The notes beneath the pieces were generated by a model. It did not search any database. It was given only the letters and a program-made list of their open reading frames with translations, and had not been told where the DNA came from. Below are positions 1-9,593 of a DNA stretch of 64,000 nucleotides, piece by piece; within the stretch, counting starts at the first letter, position 1; every line of letters starts with the position of its first letter. The stretch lies in contig DFOS01000024.1 in assembly GCA_002376845.1 (NCBI GenBank), forward strand, positions 160,819 through 224,818, in the 5' to 3' direction. Position numbers and translations under genes: made by a program. Source of the stretch: Bdellovibrionaceae bacterium UBA3535. Its GTDB lineage: Bacteria; Bdellovibrionota; Bdellovibrionia; Bdellovibrionales; UBA840.

Positions 1-584
1 AGAGATAATAAATTGGAAGTCATTTGGCCCAACTGCTGCTCGGCCATAAACATAAGACTAATCAAGGCTAGCAACATAAATACAGAGCCAAACATCGTAT
101 AAATAAAAAACTTTATGGAAGCATAGATTCTTCTAGGTCCACCCCAAACACCAACAATCAAATACATTGGTATAAGAGATAATTCCCAAAATGTATAAAA
201 CAGCACGGCATCCATTGCTACGAAAGAGCCCAGCATTGCTGTTAACAGAACAAATAAGGATATATGGAAGGTTTTTATTTTATCATCAATGCTAGTCCAT
301 GAGGCTAATATAATAATAGGCAAAATAAAGGTGCTGAGAATTACCAGCCATATGGAAATGCCGTCAATGCCAACAAAATAACTTATACCGAATTGAGGAA
401 TCCATGCAACCTGTTCAACAAACTGCAAAGCACTCGTAGACTTATCAAAATGATAAACAAAATGTAGGCTAAACAGGAACTCTAAGATCGAAGCAAACAA
501 GGCAACTGGTCGAACCCAATATTTTGGCAAAAACGCCAATATTAAAGCAATTGCAAGTGGGAAAAATAATACGAGTGAAATCAT
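1..584 (-). CDS. nuoM: NADH-quinone oxidoreductase subunit M (3' end outside window)
   Basis: Not in ORF track. Manual translation from ATG 584: MISLVLFFPLAIALILAFLP...FVGIDGISIWLVILS...LFYTFWELSLIPMYLIVGVWGGPRRIYASIKFFIYT, all NuoM signatures; follows nuoL. Confidence 0.95.
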   Translation of the reverse strand, partial: MISLVLFFPLAIALILAFLPKYWVRPVALFASILEFLFSLHFVYHFDKSTSALQFVEQVAWIPQFGISYFVGIDGISIWLVILSTFILPIIILASWTSIDDKIKTFHISLFVLLTAMLGSFVAMDAVLFYTFWELSLIPMYLIVGVWGGPRRIYASIKFFIYTMFGSVFMLLALISLMFMAEQQLGQMTSNLLS

Positions 585-587
585 TTG

Positions 588-2513
588 CTACCCCCACACC
601 ACAAAAGAAAGACTTACAAAAAGGCCAGCTAGAATGTACAAAGCGTATCGCTGTAAATTTCCATTTTGAGTCATGCGTACAGCTTTAGCTAAATCCTGAA
701 AAGCATTCGACACAATGTAGGTGATTTTATCTATAAAACCTACGTCCACAAATTCCCAGAGGGCTTTGCTCATTTCCACGCATGGACGGATAATTCTTGC
801 ATGATAAAATTCATCAACAAAGTATTTGTTCGCAACTAGGTTATGAAGCCCTTTGGCTTTTTGCACCCACGCAGCTAGCAGGCTTTCTTTTTCCGTATAA
901 AGCTTATAGGCAGCAAAAGCGGAGCCGGCCGCGAGCAAAACCGACATAGCCATTAACGAATATTCCAATGCATAGTTTGCCTTGCCTAGACCAGGAATTG
1001 GGGCGATCAAATCTCCAAACCATACCTCCAATAGGTGGGGTATATGACCTGGCAATAAAGAAGAAACGCCATGTGGCACTCCTAACCAGCCGCCAAATAC
1101 TGATAATACCGCTAGAACAATTAAGGGAAGTGTCATGGAAATAGGACTCTCGTGTGGATGAACATCTTTGGGCACTCTTGATTTGCCCCAAAATGTTAGG
1201 GTCATTAGCCTTGTCATATAAAATGCCGTCATACCTGCCGTAATGAAACCGATTAACCATAGTAGCCAACTGCCACGCGGGCTATGAACTGACATCCAAA
1301 GAATCTCATCCTTAGAGAAAAATCCTGACAAAAATGGCGTTCCAATAATTGCAAGCCAGCCCATTACAAATGTCCAATGGGTGATGGGCATATATTTTTT
1401 TAAGCCTCCCATTTTACGAATGTCTTGTTCCTCATGCATTGCATGTATCACCGAGCCAGAACCCAGAAACATAAGGGCTTTAAAAAATGCGTGAGTCATA
1501 ACATGAAATATACCGGCAGTAAAAGCCCCCACTCCTAAAGCCAAAAACATATATCCTAATTGTGAGACCGTAGAATAGGCTAAGATTTTTTTAATGTCCC
1601 ATTGTAAAATACCCATACTTGCAGCAAAAAATGCCGTCAGCGCACCTACCAATGCAATCACAAACATAGCGTTTGGAGATAAGATAAAGATCGGGTTCAA
1701 TCGAACTATCATGTATATACCTGCCGTTACCATGGTAGCTGCATGTATTAATGCCGAAACTGGAGTGGGCCCCGCCATTGCATCTGGTAGCCATACATAT
1801 AAAGGTATCTGCGCAGATTTACCTGTAGCGCCGACAAACAAGGCAAGCAGCGCCAAGGTTAGCATGCCCCAGCCCGTATCCTCCGATAAACCCGCAGAGT
1901 TAATATCAGAAAAACTTAAACTGCCCACCATCAAAAAGAGCAAAAAGATTCCCAATAGCAAGCCCGCATCACCTATGCGGTTCGTGATAAAAGCCTTCAT
2001 TCCAGCTGCGGCTTTTTCTTTGTCCGTAAACCAAAAACCAATCAGCAGGTAAGAGCATAAACCAACACCTTCCCATCCAATGAACATAATTAGAAGGTTT
2101 TCCCCCATCACTAGCAATAGCATGTTGAAAATAAAGAAATTGAGATAAGAAAAATACTTTGCAGGCCTCTCATCATGGCTCATATAGCCAATACTAAAAA
2201 GATGTATGAGCGAGCCCACGCCCGTGATGATTAACATCATCACAATGGAAATTGGATCAACAAGAAAGGCCATGGGAACACTTAGTGAACCAACTTGAAT
2301 CCAATCAAAAAAACTTACATTAAAAAAGCGCGACTCCACTGGCATGCCCAATAGCTTGGAGAATAAAGCGACGGAAGCGAAAAAACTAATTCCCACACAG
2401 ATAGTTGCTATGCTGCCAGCTAGGCGGTAGTTTTGACTACGAAAGCGGAATCCATTAATCATAGCCCCTAAGAGCGGGCTTAATAAAAGTATTGCAATCC
2501 AGATCTTCTCCAT
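588..2513 (-). CDS. nuoL: NADH-quinone oxidoreductase subunit L
   Basis: FIGWEGVGLCSY, GKSAQIPLYVWLPDAMAGPTPVSALIHAATMV, KKILAYSTVSQLGY, C-terminal QNGNLQRY. Confidence 0.98.
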   Translation of the reverse strand: MEKIWIAILLLSPLLGAMINGFRFRSQNYRLAGSIATICVGISFFASVALFSKLLGMPVESRFFNVSFFDWIQVGSLSVPMAFLVDPISIVMMLIITGVGSLIHLFSIGYMSHDERPAKYFSYLNFFIFNMLLLVMGENLLIMFIGWEGVGLCSYLLIGFWFTDKEKAAAGMKAFITNRIGDAGLLLGIFLLFLMVGSLSFSDINSAGLSEDTGWGMLTLALLALFVGATGKSAQIPLYVWLPDAMAGPTPVSALIHAATMVTAGIYMIVRLNPIFILSPNAMFVIALVGALTAFFAASMGILQWDIKKILAYSTVSQLGYMFLALGVGAFTAGIFHVMTHAFFKALMFLGSGSVIHAMHEEQDIRKMGGLKKYMPITHWTFVMGWLAIIGTPFLSGFFSKDEILWMSVHSPRGSWLLWLIGFITAGMTAFYMTRLMTLTFWGKSRVPKDVHPHESPISMTLPLIVLAVLSVFGGWLGVPHGVSSLLPGHIPHLLEVWFGDLIAPIPGLGKANYALEYSLMAMSVLLAAGSAFAAYKLYTEKESLLAAWVQKAKGLHNLVANKYFVDEFYHARIIRPCVEMSKALWEFVDVGFIDKITYIVSNAFQDLAKAVRMTQNGNLQRYALYILAGLFVSLSFVVWG

Positions 2514-2515
2514 AT

Positions 2516-2836
2516 TTATCCCTTTAAGTGCTCGAAGAAGCGAATATTAATTTCACGAAAGCGCTTAAAAATCGCTACCGCCAAGGCCAATCCAACGGCG
2601 GCCTCTGCTGCGGCCACTGCCATAACAAAAAACACCATAACAAAACCGTCCAAATTATTTTGGTATCTACTAAAAGCAACAAAGCTAATATTCACTGCAT
2701 TCAACATCAATTCTATGGACATTAGTATTACCAGCGCATTTTTACGCATAAGAACGCCAAACATGCCTATACAAAACAAGGCTGCCGATAGGATTAAATA
2801 GTGATTTAGCCCAATTTCACCTATACTACTTAGCAT
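2516..2836 (-). CDS. nuoK: NADH-quinone oxidoreductase subunit K
   Basis: [12 protein letters not shown] and [11 protein letters not shown] motifs; ATG 2836 preferred over the track start 2845. Confidence 0.97.
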   Translation of the reverse strand: MLSSIGEIGLNHYLILSAALFCIGMFGVLMRKNALVILMSIELMLNAVNISFVAFSRYQNNLDGFVMVFFVMAVAAAEAAVGLALAVAIFKRFREINIRFFEHLKG

Positions 2837-3350
2837 GCGTACCACCCTTCGCTTTGGCTAAGGCAATAGCGCCAACGATGACCATAACTAAAAGAATGGC
2901 CAAGGCTTCAAAGGCAAAAACGTATTTAGTATACAATAGTGCCGAAAGCTCCTTAATGGATCTAGTTATATCTTCTTTGGCTATAGAATCGCCCGACCCC
3001 AATTCAGAAAAGCTCATACTCAAGGCGCCTGCTATCATGGAAAAAATGAGAACGCTCAATGTGGTTTTCAAAACTCTTGATAAAGTTCCTCGAGAAAAAG
3101 CGCGTTTTTCCTTTTTCAGATCAAATAGCATCACCACCATAACAAATAAAACCATTACAGCGCCGGCATAAACCACCAACTGAACGCCTGCTATAAAGTA
3201 TGCCTCAAGACTAAAAAATAAAGCTGCTATTCCGGTCATGGAAACTGCCAGAGAAATTGCGGAATAAATAGGATTAGGAACCAATACAACCGCCAGCGCG
3301 GAAGCCAAAATGATAAATTGAATTAAATAAAAGCTTATTGCCTCAGTCAT
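2826..3350 (-). CDS. nuoJ: NADH-quinone oxidoreductase subunit J
   Basis: [29 protein letters not shown] motifs. Confidence 0.97.
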   Translation of the reverse strand: MTEAISFYLIQFIILASALAVVLVPNPIYSAISLAVSMTGIAALFFSLEAYFIAGVQLVVYAGAVMVLFVMVVMLFDLKKEKRAFSRGTLSRVLKTTLSVLIFSMIAGALSMSFSELGSGDSIAKEDITRSIKELSALLYTKYVFAFEALAILLVMVIVGAIALAKAKGGTHAK

Positions 3351-3358
3351 AAGTCATC

Positions 3359-4507
3359 CTATGCCGCATTCGCTGCGTAGATAAATACCGTTGTAAGAAT
3401 CATATTAAAAATACTCCACGGTAATAATGTTTTCCAACCCAAAGACATCAACTGATCATAGCGAAACCTTGGCAAAGACCATCGCACCCAAACAAATATC
3501 CATAAAAATAAAGCCAACTTCAAAATAAAAACATGCAGATAAATGAAAGACACCAAAAACGGAACCAGATACTCACCAGTAAAATATTGTGAAACAAAGC
3601 TCGTTAATCCGGCCTCACTTACATAGGGAATATGGTAGCCACCAAAATAAAAAATCACCACAAGAGCAGAGCCAACGATCATGTGGCCATATTCACCAAT
3701 GTAAAACATCAACATTTTGAATCCGCTGTATTCAGTATGAAAACCCGCCACTAACTCCGCCTCTGCCTCTGGCAGATCAAACGGCAATCGATTGCTCTCC
3801 GCAAAGATACATACAAAAAATAAAATGAAGCCTATGGGCTGAAAGAAAATTCCCCAATTGGGCAGAAATGGTAAATTGATTTCATTACCAAAAAAGCGAA
3901 AGGCCAATAAACCTTCTTGTGCTGCAATCATATCATTTAGATGAAATGTGCCATATAACATCATTACACCTACAACTGACATGCCCAATCCCAATTCATA
4001 GGAAATGGTTTGTGCACTTGCTCGCAGACCACCCATCAATGAATACTTGTTTGAAGAAGCCCAACCGGCAAGCAAAACTGGGTAGGCAGCTAATGAGGAA
4101 ACGCCGAAAATATAGATAATGCCCAAAGGTATCTCTGCACCTTGCACCTGCAACGTATAAGGTCCGTAGCTTGAGCCCATAAACTCAAAACTTGGAATTC
4201 CGAAAGGCGTAGAAAACGGGATGGCTAAAACGGCCAGCATCCCAGGCAGAAGAGCCAGTATTGGCGCAAGATAAAAAAGCACTCGGTTGCTCGCTGCTGG
4301 CACAAACTCTTCTTTATTAATGAACTTCACGGCATCAGCAAGTAACTGCAACAAACCTAGAGGCCCAACACGGTTCGGCCCAAAGCGGTGTTGAATAAAT
4401 GCCGAACCTCGACGCTCCACCCAAACCAAAAGCGGAACTACCTGAATCATCATCAAAAATATGACAACAATTTTAACTGTATTGATGAATATTTCCATGC
4501 GATCCAT
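3359..4507 (-). CDS. nuoH: NADH-quinone oxidoreductase subunit H
   Basis: ERR..A.IQ.R.GPNRVGP.GLLQ, RASAQTISYE, AESNRLPFDLPEAEAELVAG, PRFRYDQLM. Confidence 0.98.
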   Translation of the reverse strand: MDRMEIFINTVKIVVIFLMMIQVVPLLVWVERRGSAFIQHRFGPNRVGPLGLLQLLADAVKFINKEEFVPAASNRVLFYLAPILALLPGMLAVLAIPFSTPFGIPSFEFMGSSYGPYTLQVQGAEIPLGIIYIFGVSSLAAYPVLLAGWASSNKYSLMGGLRASAQTISYELGLGMSVVGVMMLYGTFHLNDMIAAQEGLLAFRFFGNEINLPFLPNWGIFFQPIGFILFFVCIFAESNRLPFDLPEAEAELVAGFHTEYSGFKMLMFYIGEYGHMIVGSALVVIFYFGGYHIPYVSEAGLTSFVSQYFTGEYLVPFLVSFIYLHVFILKLALFLWIFVWVRWSLPRFRYDQLMSLGWKTLLPWSIFNMILTTVFIYAANAA

Positions 4508-4510
4508 AAT

Positions 4511-4885
4511 CTAGTCCCAATCCAATCCGCCAGACTTCCACTCGTAGAACAGTCCCCAAATTAATGCAAAGACAAACAAACTCATAACTGACAACATGTA
4601 AAGCCCATAGCCTTCCGCAATAAAATCTTTAAAGGCAATGGCCCACGGATAAATAAAAATGGCCTCAATATCGAATACAATAAAAGAAATGGCAGTAAGG
4701 TAAAACTTTACTGGCACCTTTGTAGAGCTTGTTTGCTCGCCCATTGTACCGGATTCGTAAGCTGACAACTTTGCCTTAGAAGCCTTATATCGTTTGCCTA
4801 TCAAGGAAATTGCAAATAGCACGACTGCACCAAAAGCCAAAGACAGAAAGGCCATGAACAATATAGGCGCCAATTGAGAGATCAT
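4511..4885 (-). CDS. nuoA: NADH-quinone oxidoreductase subunit A
   Basis: AYESG, KFYLTAISFIVFDIE, YEWKSGGLDW; ATG 4885 (MISQLAP) preferred because the track start overlaps the upstream gene. Confidence 0.96.
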   Translation of the reverse strand: MISQLAPILFMAFLSLAFGAVVLFAISLIGKRYKASKAKLSAYESGTMGEQTSSTKVPVKFYLTAISFIVFDIEAIFIYPWAIAFKDFIAEGYGLYMLSVMSLFVFALIWGLFYEWKSGGLDWD

Positions 4886-4895
4886 ATCTAAACCT

Positions 4896-6131
4896 TTATT
4901 TTTCCAATATAAATTGGATATATATATACAAAGGGAATGGATAGATTCCAAGAACAAAGAATAACAAAGCCAAAACTACGTGGGGCTTTTTCAGCATAGC
5001 TAGGCTTATATGTTCTGGTTTTTTTATGTAGAAACAGTCATTGCATACTACAAAAGCATTATAACCCATAAATGCGATGGGAATAAGCAACAGGCAAATT
5101 GGAAAATACAGAATTTCTCTACTTACATGCCAAAAATCAGGACGTGCCATTAGATCTTGCAAACATTTTGCCAAAGTATGGCTAAAAGGGCTTATGGCAA
5201 TCATAATCATCGCCACAAAAACAAGCATGTCTAAAAGAGTCTTTTGCCGGCGAGAAAAAGTGGTCAGCAATATAATGGACAAAAAGCTTGCTAGAACCAT
5301 GAGCACCAAATGTTCCGCATGAATCTCACGACTTAGAATAGGGAATAAAATCGGGATAAACATTGCATAATGCAAAAGCGAGAACAGTTTGGCGTATTTG
5401 GAGCCGCGAAACCAGTGATAAATTGGCAAAATATTTAAAAAGATAAAATACAACCATTGTATCAATCGACTGCGATAAGGCTCTTCAAAAGCCGCAAGTT
5501 CAAACAAGTCATAGGTTTTCGTCAAATGAAATAAAGCCAAAGAAAAAACCATCAGCAAACGAAAAATATAATTTATATGCCGACTTTGGGTGGCTGGCAC
5601 CACATGTAAGCTAACGTAGTAATAAGCCAAAAGCACGAAAACAAAAAACAAAGATCCAATATTTTTATTGCTGAAACCACCTGAGAGCATGGCCTCACCA
5701 AACTGTAGCATAAAAAGTAGCAGCAAAACGCTAGAGATTATAACAAAATAAAAAAGATTTAATTCCAGCTGAACCTTTTTCTCTTTAAAAAAGATTCTAA
5801 CAAAAAATATATTCACTAAAAATCCACTTAAAGAAAGCAACTGTCCCAAGGGGGATATGGCATTAAAAAATATTGCAGACCAAAAGATCATAACCAAAAG
5901 ATGAAAGACTTCTATTCGCTGTATATCTTCTTTAGTTATTAGCTCAAGAATTAAAAGTGCCAATGATAGTAGTAAGAGAGGGAAATTCCCACCTAGAACT
6001 GCCAAGAGCGCAACGATAAAATTCACCCAACAATATACTTTTCTAGGCGCAAGCTTTGCAATATAAAGCAACAGTGCCGCAACAAATATTATTAAGGGGC
6101 TTACTATATTATAGGGTATATCCAGCAACAA
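4896..6131 (-). CDS. Polytopic membrane protein, putative highly diverged NuoN-like subunit
   Basis: 411 aa, many TM segments, C-terminal LFFVLGIYP (NuoM/N last-TM motif), IAISPFSHTLAK resembling the broken TM12; last of the 7-gene cassette. Confidence 0.6.
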   Translation of the reverse strand: MLLDIPYNIVSPLIIFVAALLLYIAKLAPRKVYCWVNFIVALLAVLGGNFPLLLLSLALLILELITKEDIQRIEVFHLLVMIFWSAIFFNAISPLGQLLSLSGFLVNIFFVRIFFKEKKVQLELNLFYFVIISSVLLLLFMLQFGEAMLSGGFSNKNIGSLFFVFVLLAYYYVSLHVVPATQSRHINYIFRLLMVFSLALFHLTKTYDLFELAAFEEPYRSRLIQWLYFIFLNILPIYHWFRGSKYAKLFSLLHYAMFIPILFPILSREIHAEHLVLMVLASFLSIILLTTFSRRQKTLLDMLVFVAMIMIAISPFSHTLAKCLQDLMARPDFWHVSREILYFPICLLLIPIAFMGYNAFVVCNDCFYIKKPEHISLAMLKKPHVVLALLFFVLGIYPFPLYIYIQFILEK

Positions 6132-7068
6132 AATGCCCCCCTACTCCAAACAGAACCAAAACCAACCAAAACACACGCTGTAATTGCGGTTGAAAAATTA
6201 TTTTATCCTCTATTAATACCTTCTTAGTTCGAAAGGTACTGTATCCAATCATCACCAGCAATATAGAATAAACTAAAAGTTCAACATAGTAATTGCCGAA
6301 CTCACTAAATGATAACAGTAAAAACGATGCATAGGTTTTAATGCCGACTGGACTCATCCATGTAAACATACGATCAAGCTCGTAGTTATGTGCATAAATA
6401 GAATCATTATAATATTCAACCAAGTAAACAATTAGAGAATAGGAAAATAATAATATTGGTGATGTTTCTCCTACTAGAACTATGAGAAATAGAAATAGCG
6501 ATATAAACAGATCTTCATTATTTTTATTATAGTTTTTATGAAAGAACCAACTCAAAAGTAGTGCCGCCAAAACAATGGTCACGAAAGCGCCCATATACCA
6601 GCTATAAATTTCTATTTGTGGGGATAAATATATTAATAAACCTCGAAACAGGAGGTGTAATGTTTTAGAAAGATAACGATTGTGCACGCTAATTAACTTA
6701 TGGCTTCTTGCTGGTAAGAGCAAAAAACACAAAAATAATAATATAGTCTTTAGAATTCCATCCGAATTTGTTAAGGGATAAAAATACAGCATCATAATGG
6801 CAACTATAGAAATGCCTATTTTTATGTGTTTTAAACGAATGGTCGTATAGTTAAAAGAGTATATCATCACGATTGCCAAAAATATCAAGCCTGAATAGAT
6901 CGCTGTATATACTGGATTTAAAAAGAAAACGGAAAACCCTAGAATAAAACTGGCAACAGCCGCTTCAATGCGCTTATCTTCTCCATATAACAGGGCAGAT
7001 ATATAGGAAAACGCAGATCCCAATAATAAATATACCCCTAAGGTCTCATTCATTCCTAAGAAAGCCAT
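6109..7068 (-). CDS. Polytopic membrane protein, putative highly diverged NuoM-like subunit
   Basis: 319 aa hydrophobic; lies between the L-like and N-like ORFs; weak WMSP...FLLL and terminal LVLFG similarity. Confidence 0.45.
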   Translation of the reverse strand: MAFLGMNETLGVYLLLGSAFSYISALLYGEDKRIEAAVASFILGFSVFFLNPVYTAIYSGLIFLAIVMIYSFNYTTIRLKHIKIGISIVAIMMLYFYPLTNSDGILKTILLFLCFLLLPARSHKLISVHNRYLSKTLHLLFRGLLIYLSPQIEIYSWYMGAFVTIVLAALLLSWFFHKNYNKNNEDLFISLFLFLIVLVGETSPILLFSYSLIVYLVEYYNDSIYAHNYELDRMFTWMSPVGIKTYASFLLLSFSEFGNYYVELLVYSILLVMIGYSTFRTKKVLIEDKIIFQPQLQRVFWLVLVLFGVGGHFVAGYTL

Positions 7069-8237
7069 TTGAAAACTCCGGCTATCATTAGCAGTAAAAA
7101 TAAATAAAACAATAGGTGTGTTGTACCGCTAGCCACGGAACGATTTTTATATGTTAGCATTTCCGTGTACATATTATCTTGTATACTGCTTATTTGACGA
7201 AGAGAAAGTGTTCTTTCAACCTGTAACCAAAATTTTCGTGCTTTGATTATAGGAAGTTTATACTTTCTCTTTAGCACATTAGCAATTACAACGCTCATCA
7301 CAAATATAGCAGAAAATAAATATACCTTGGGATCTTGGTAATTAATCGAAAGCAATTCTTTGAATATAGTCTCCCATTTTGCACTCAAAAATGCCAGCCC
7401 TGGTACTGAACATATTAGCAACCAGTAGAAGTCTCTATCTTTAAAGCGCTCACTTAAACTAGCAAAACAGCCACCCATTAATAACGGGCCAGCATACAAA
7501 TAATAACCAGACAGAAAGCCTTGTGACGGCAAAGAAAAGATTAGAAGTAATGGCAATATAAATAAAAACGACAAACTTGGATCTATTAAAAAGAATATTA
7601 GATTATATGATAAATGCCATTCCGGATATGAAAGTAAAAAGCAAGCTAAAATGCCGCTTAAAGCTGAAAATCTAAATAACTTTAAACCCAAATTTAAAAA
7701 GCCTAGACCTATCAAAAATAAGGCTGCATAGGCATAAGTATAAAATTCGTATGATAACACAGAATAAAACAACAATAGACAAATGAAAAACTCAAAGAAA
7801 CATTTGTCTTTACTGTTAAAAGACCTACCACTTATCAACAAGAAAACCGGATACACAATATATGCAGATAAAGAAAATACAAATGATAAGTCCGCATTTT
7901 GTATAAAAATGTTCTGCCCAAAAATAACCGTCAGAGCAAGCAGCGTTAACATTAAAATATTTTCCCCTACAAATTCTTTTTCCAAAAAGAATAAAAAAGC
8001 GGCCAAAGCCAAAAGTGTCGCCTGCGGGACAAAAAAGGCGAGAACAAAAAAAGCAAATATCGCCATAGGCTTAACTATATCTTTAGCAGAAGCCTGTAGA
8101 CTAAAATAACTTAAATAAGCAAAACCAAAAACTATGAAAGCCTGCTGCATACTAGAAAAAGGCGTATCAAAGTGGCCTATAAGAGCCGCAACTACAGTAG
8201 CAATAAACGGAATCAGTATTTTAATATATCTTGTCAT
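7056..8237 (-). CDS. Polytopic membrane protein, putative highly diverged NuoL-like subunit
   Basis: WLLICSVPGLAFLSAKWE aligns ungapped to NuoL WLAIIGTPFLSGFFSKDE; long hydrophilic helix then a single final TM (RSVASGTTHLLFYL vs RMTQNGNLQRYALYI). Confidence 0.65.
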   Translation of the reverse strand: MTRYIKILIPFIATVVAALIGHFDTPFSSMQQAFIVFGFAYLSYFSLQASAKDIVKPMAIFAFFVLAFFVPQATLLALAAFLFFLEKEFVGENILMLTLLALTVIFGQNIFIQNADLSFVFSLSAYIVYPVFLLISGRSFNSKDKCFFEFFICLLLFYSVLSYEFYTYAYAALFLIGLGFLNLGLKLFRFSALSGILACFLLSYPEWHLSYNLIFFLIDPSLSFLFILPLLLIFSLPSQGFLSGYYLYAGPLLMGGCFASLSERFKDRDFYWLLICSVPGLAFLSAKWETIFKELLSINYQDPKVYLFSAIFVMSVVIANVLKRKYKLPIIKARKFWLQVERTLSLRQISSIQDNMYTEMLTYKNRSVASGTTHLLFYLFLLLMIAGVFKWLS

Positions 8238-8451
8238 TTTCTGTTCGCACCAAAATTAGAGATACAAGCCCGATAAAAGTTAAAAATATTAAGCCTATGA
8301 TAGTCGCTGACTCCACATTAAAAATACGGCACAATAAAGCGCTCATACAAACAGCTATACTTTTTAAATAAAGCAAGCGGTTAATAGACCGCTTCTCTCG
8401 CTCAAAAATTAGAATCGCAAAAACTATAGAAAAAATGCTCAGTAAAAACAC
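8221..8451 (-). CDS. Small 3-TM protein, putative diverged NuoK-like subunit
   Basis: 76 aa, three hydrophobic stretches, basic loop after TM1, position between J-like and L-like ORFs; GTG start. Confidence 0.5.
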   Translation of the reverse strand: MFLLSIFSIVFAILIFEREKRSINRLLYLKSIAVCMSALLCRIFNVESATIIGLIFLTFIGLVSLILVRTENDKIY

Positions 8452-8808
8452 TTAAATTTTGTCCTTTTCCAATAAAGCTTTATACACGATAAATATTAAA
8501 TACATTAGCAAGAAAAACACCAAATATTCTACAAAGTACTGTGCTGCAGATTCGGCGCTTAAATAAAATTTCGTATCTTTTGCCAAATAATAACCTGAAA
8601 CCAGTATGGAAAGAGCTAATAGCAAGTGCGTTGGTTTTGCTTTAGGCATGCGCTTTAGAGAAGCTTTAAAATATGCTGACTCAAGAGTGTTTAAGTAGCG
8701 AATAAGAAATAATATGTCCACCAGCAAAAAAACAAATAATAAAAAATAGGCCGCATGATACGCCATAACTAGATATGCAACAATATGAAGAATTATAAAT
8801 ACTGCCAA
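8452..8808 (-). CDS. Membrane protein, putative diverged NuoJ-like subunit
   Basis: HAAYFLLFVFLLV vs Nuo[14 protein letters not shown]; QYFVEYLVF vs KYVFAFEAL; position. Confidence 0.55.
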   Translation of the reverse strand: MAVFIILHIVAYLVMAYHAAYFLLFVFLLVDILFLIRYLNTLESAYFKASLKRMPKAKPTHLLLALSILVSGYYLAKDTKFYLSAESAAQYFVEYLVFFLLMYLIFIVYKALLEKDKI

Positions 8809-9593
8809 GAAATCCCTCCATAGAGAAAAACTACAATGATCAGTCCGTAAATTCCCGTAGCAATAATATGGTGTTTTGTTTTCGTTTCACTTTTACGATC
8901 AATAATATTTCGATTAAAAGAGAGCAGAATAATGGTAGTCAATGTGGCGTGTGCCCACACAATAATAACTTTAAAAATTCCATATTCAAAACCTATATAA
9001 ACATATGAAAACTGTATAAATAAAAGTACATAAAGAAACATCGTGTTTAAAAAATTTGACCACACCGATCCTCTAAAACTATTCAATAATCGTAGAATTT
9101 GATAAGAAACAATTACGTAAACTGGCAATAAGACAAAAGAAAATAGAGTCAAAAGCTCTAAAGGCACTGTATTCGACAGAAGAGGTAGAATAGCCAGAGA
9201 TGCTACGTACATTATGCTCAGACTTAAATGCGTTTCAAAGTAGTTTTCTTTTACAGCTTTTTTGGGGCGCATGAAAAATATACTAATAATCGCCAAACAC
9301 ATAAAAACCAAAGCAAGAATTCCGTGGAAACGTCCACCCGATATGGTATGTTTCAACACAATTGATAGCGCACTAAGTTCACAAAAAAACACGAAAGCAG
9401 CTGCAATATTTTGCAATAGAGAGTCATTATTCTGAAAATACTTCGCAATGTAAGCAATTGCAATTTTCTTGATGTATCTAAAATCATGCCAGCGCTTTAC
9501 TCGCATTTCTTCTTTTCTTTTGCTCTGTCCATTAAAAAAGGAAATTAAAAAGTAGGAGGCAAAAAACATAAATAAACAAAAAATGCTCGTCAT
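8793..9593 (-). CDS. Polytopic membrane protein, putative diverged NuoH-like subunit
   Basis: 266 aa; TM1 followed by a long basic/amphipathic loop, and a basic loop before the last TM, as in NuoH; position after the A-like ORF. Confidence 0.5.
   Translation of the reverse strand: MTSIFCLFMFFASYFLISFFNGQSKRKEEMRVKRWHDFRYIKKIAIAYIAKYFQNNDSLLQNIAAAFVFFCELSALSIVLKHTISGGRFHGILALVFMCLAIISIFFMRPKKAVKENYFETHLSLSIMYVASLAILPLLSNTVPLELLTLFSFVLLPVYVIVSYQILRLLNSFRGSVWSNFLNTMFLYVLLFIQFSYVYIGFEYGIFKVIIVWAHATLTTIILLSFNRNIIDRKSETKTKHHIIATGIYGLIIVVFLYGGISWQYL

Noticed and set aside
4886-4957. N-terminal extension of NuoA in the ORF track
   Set aside because: Overlaps the upstream gene; ATG 4885 gives a normal-length NuoA
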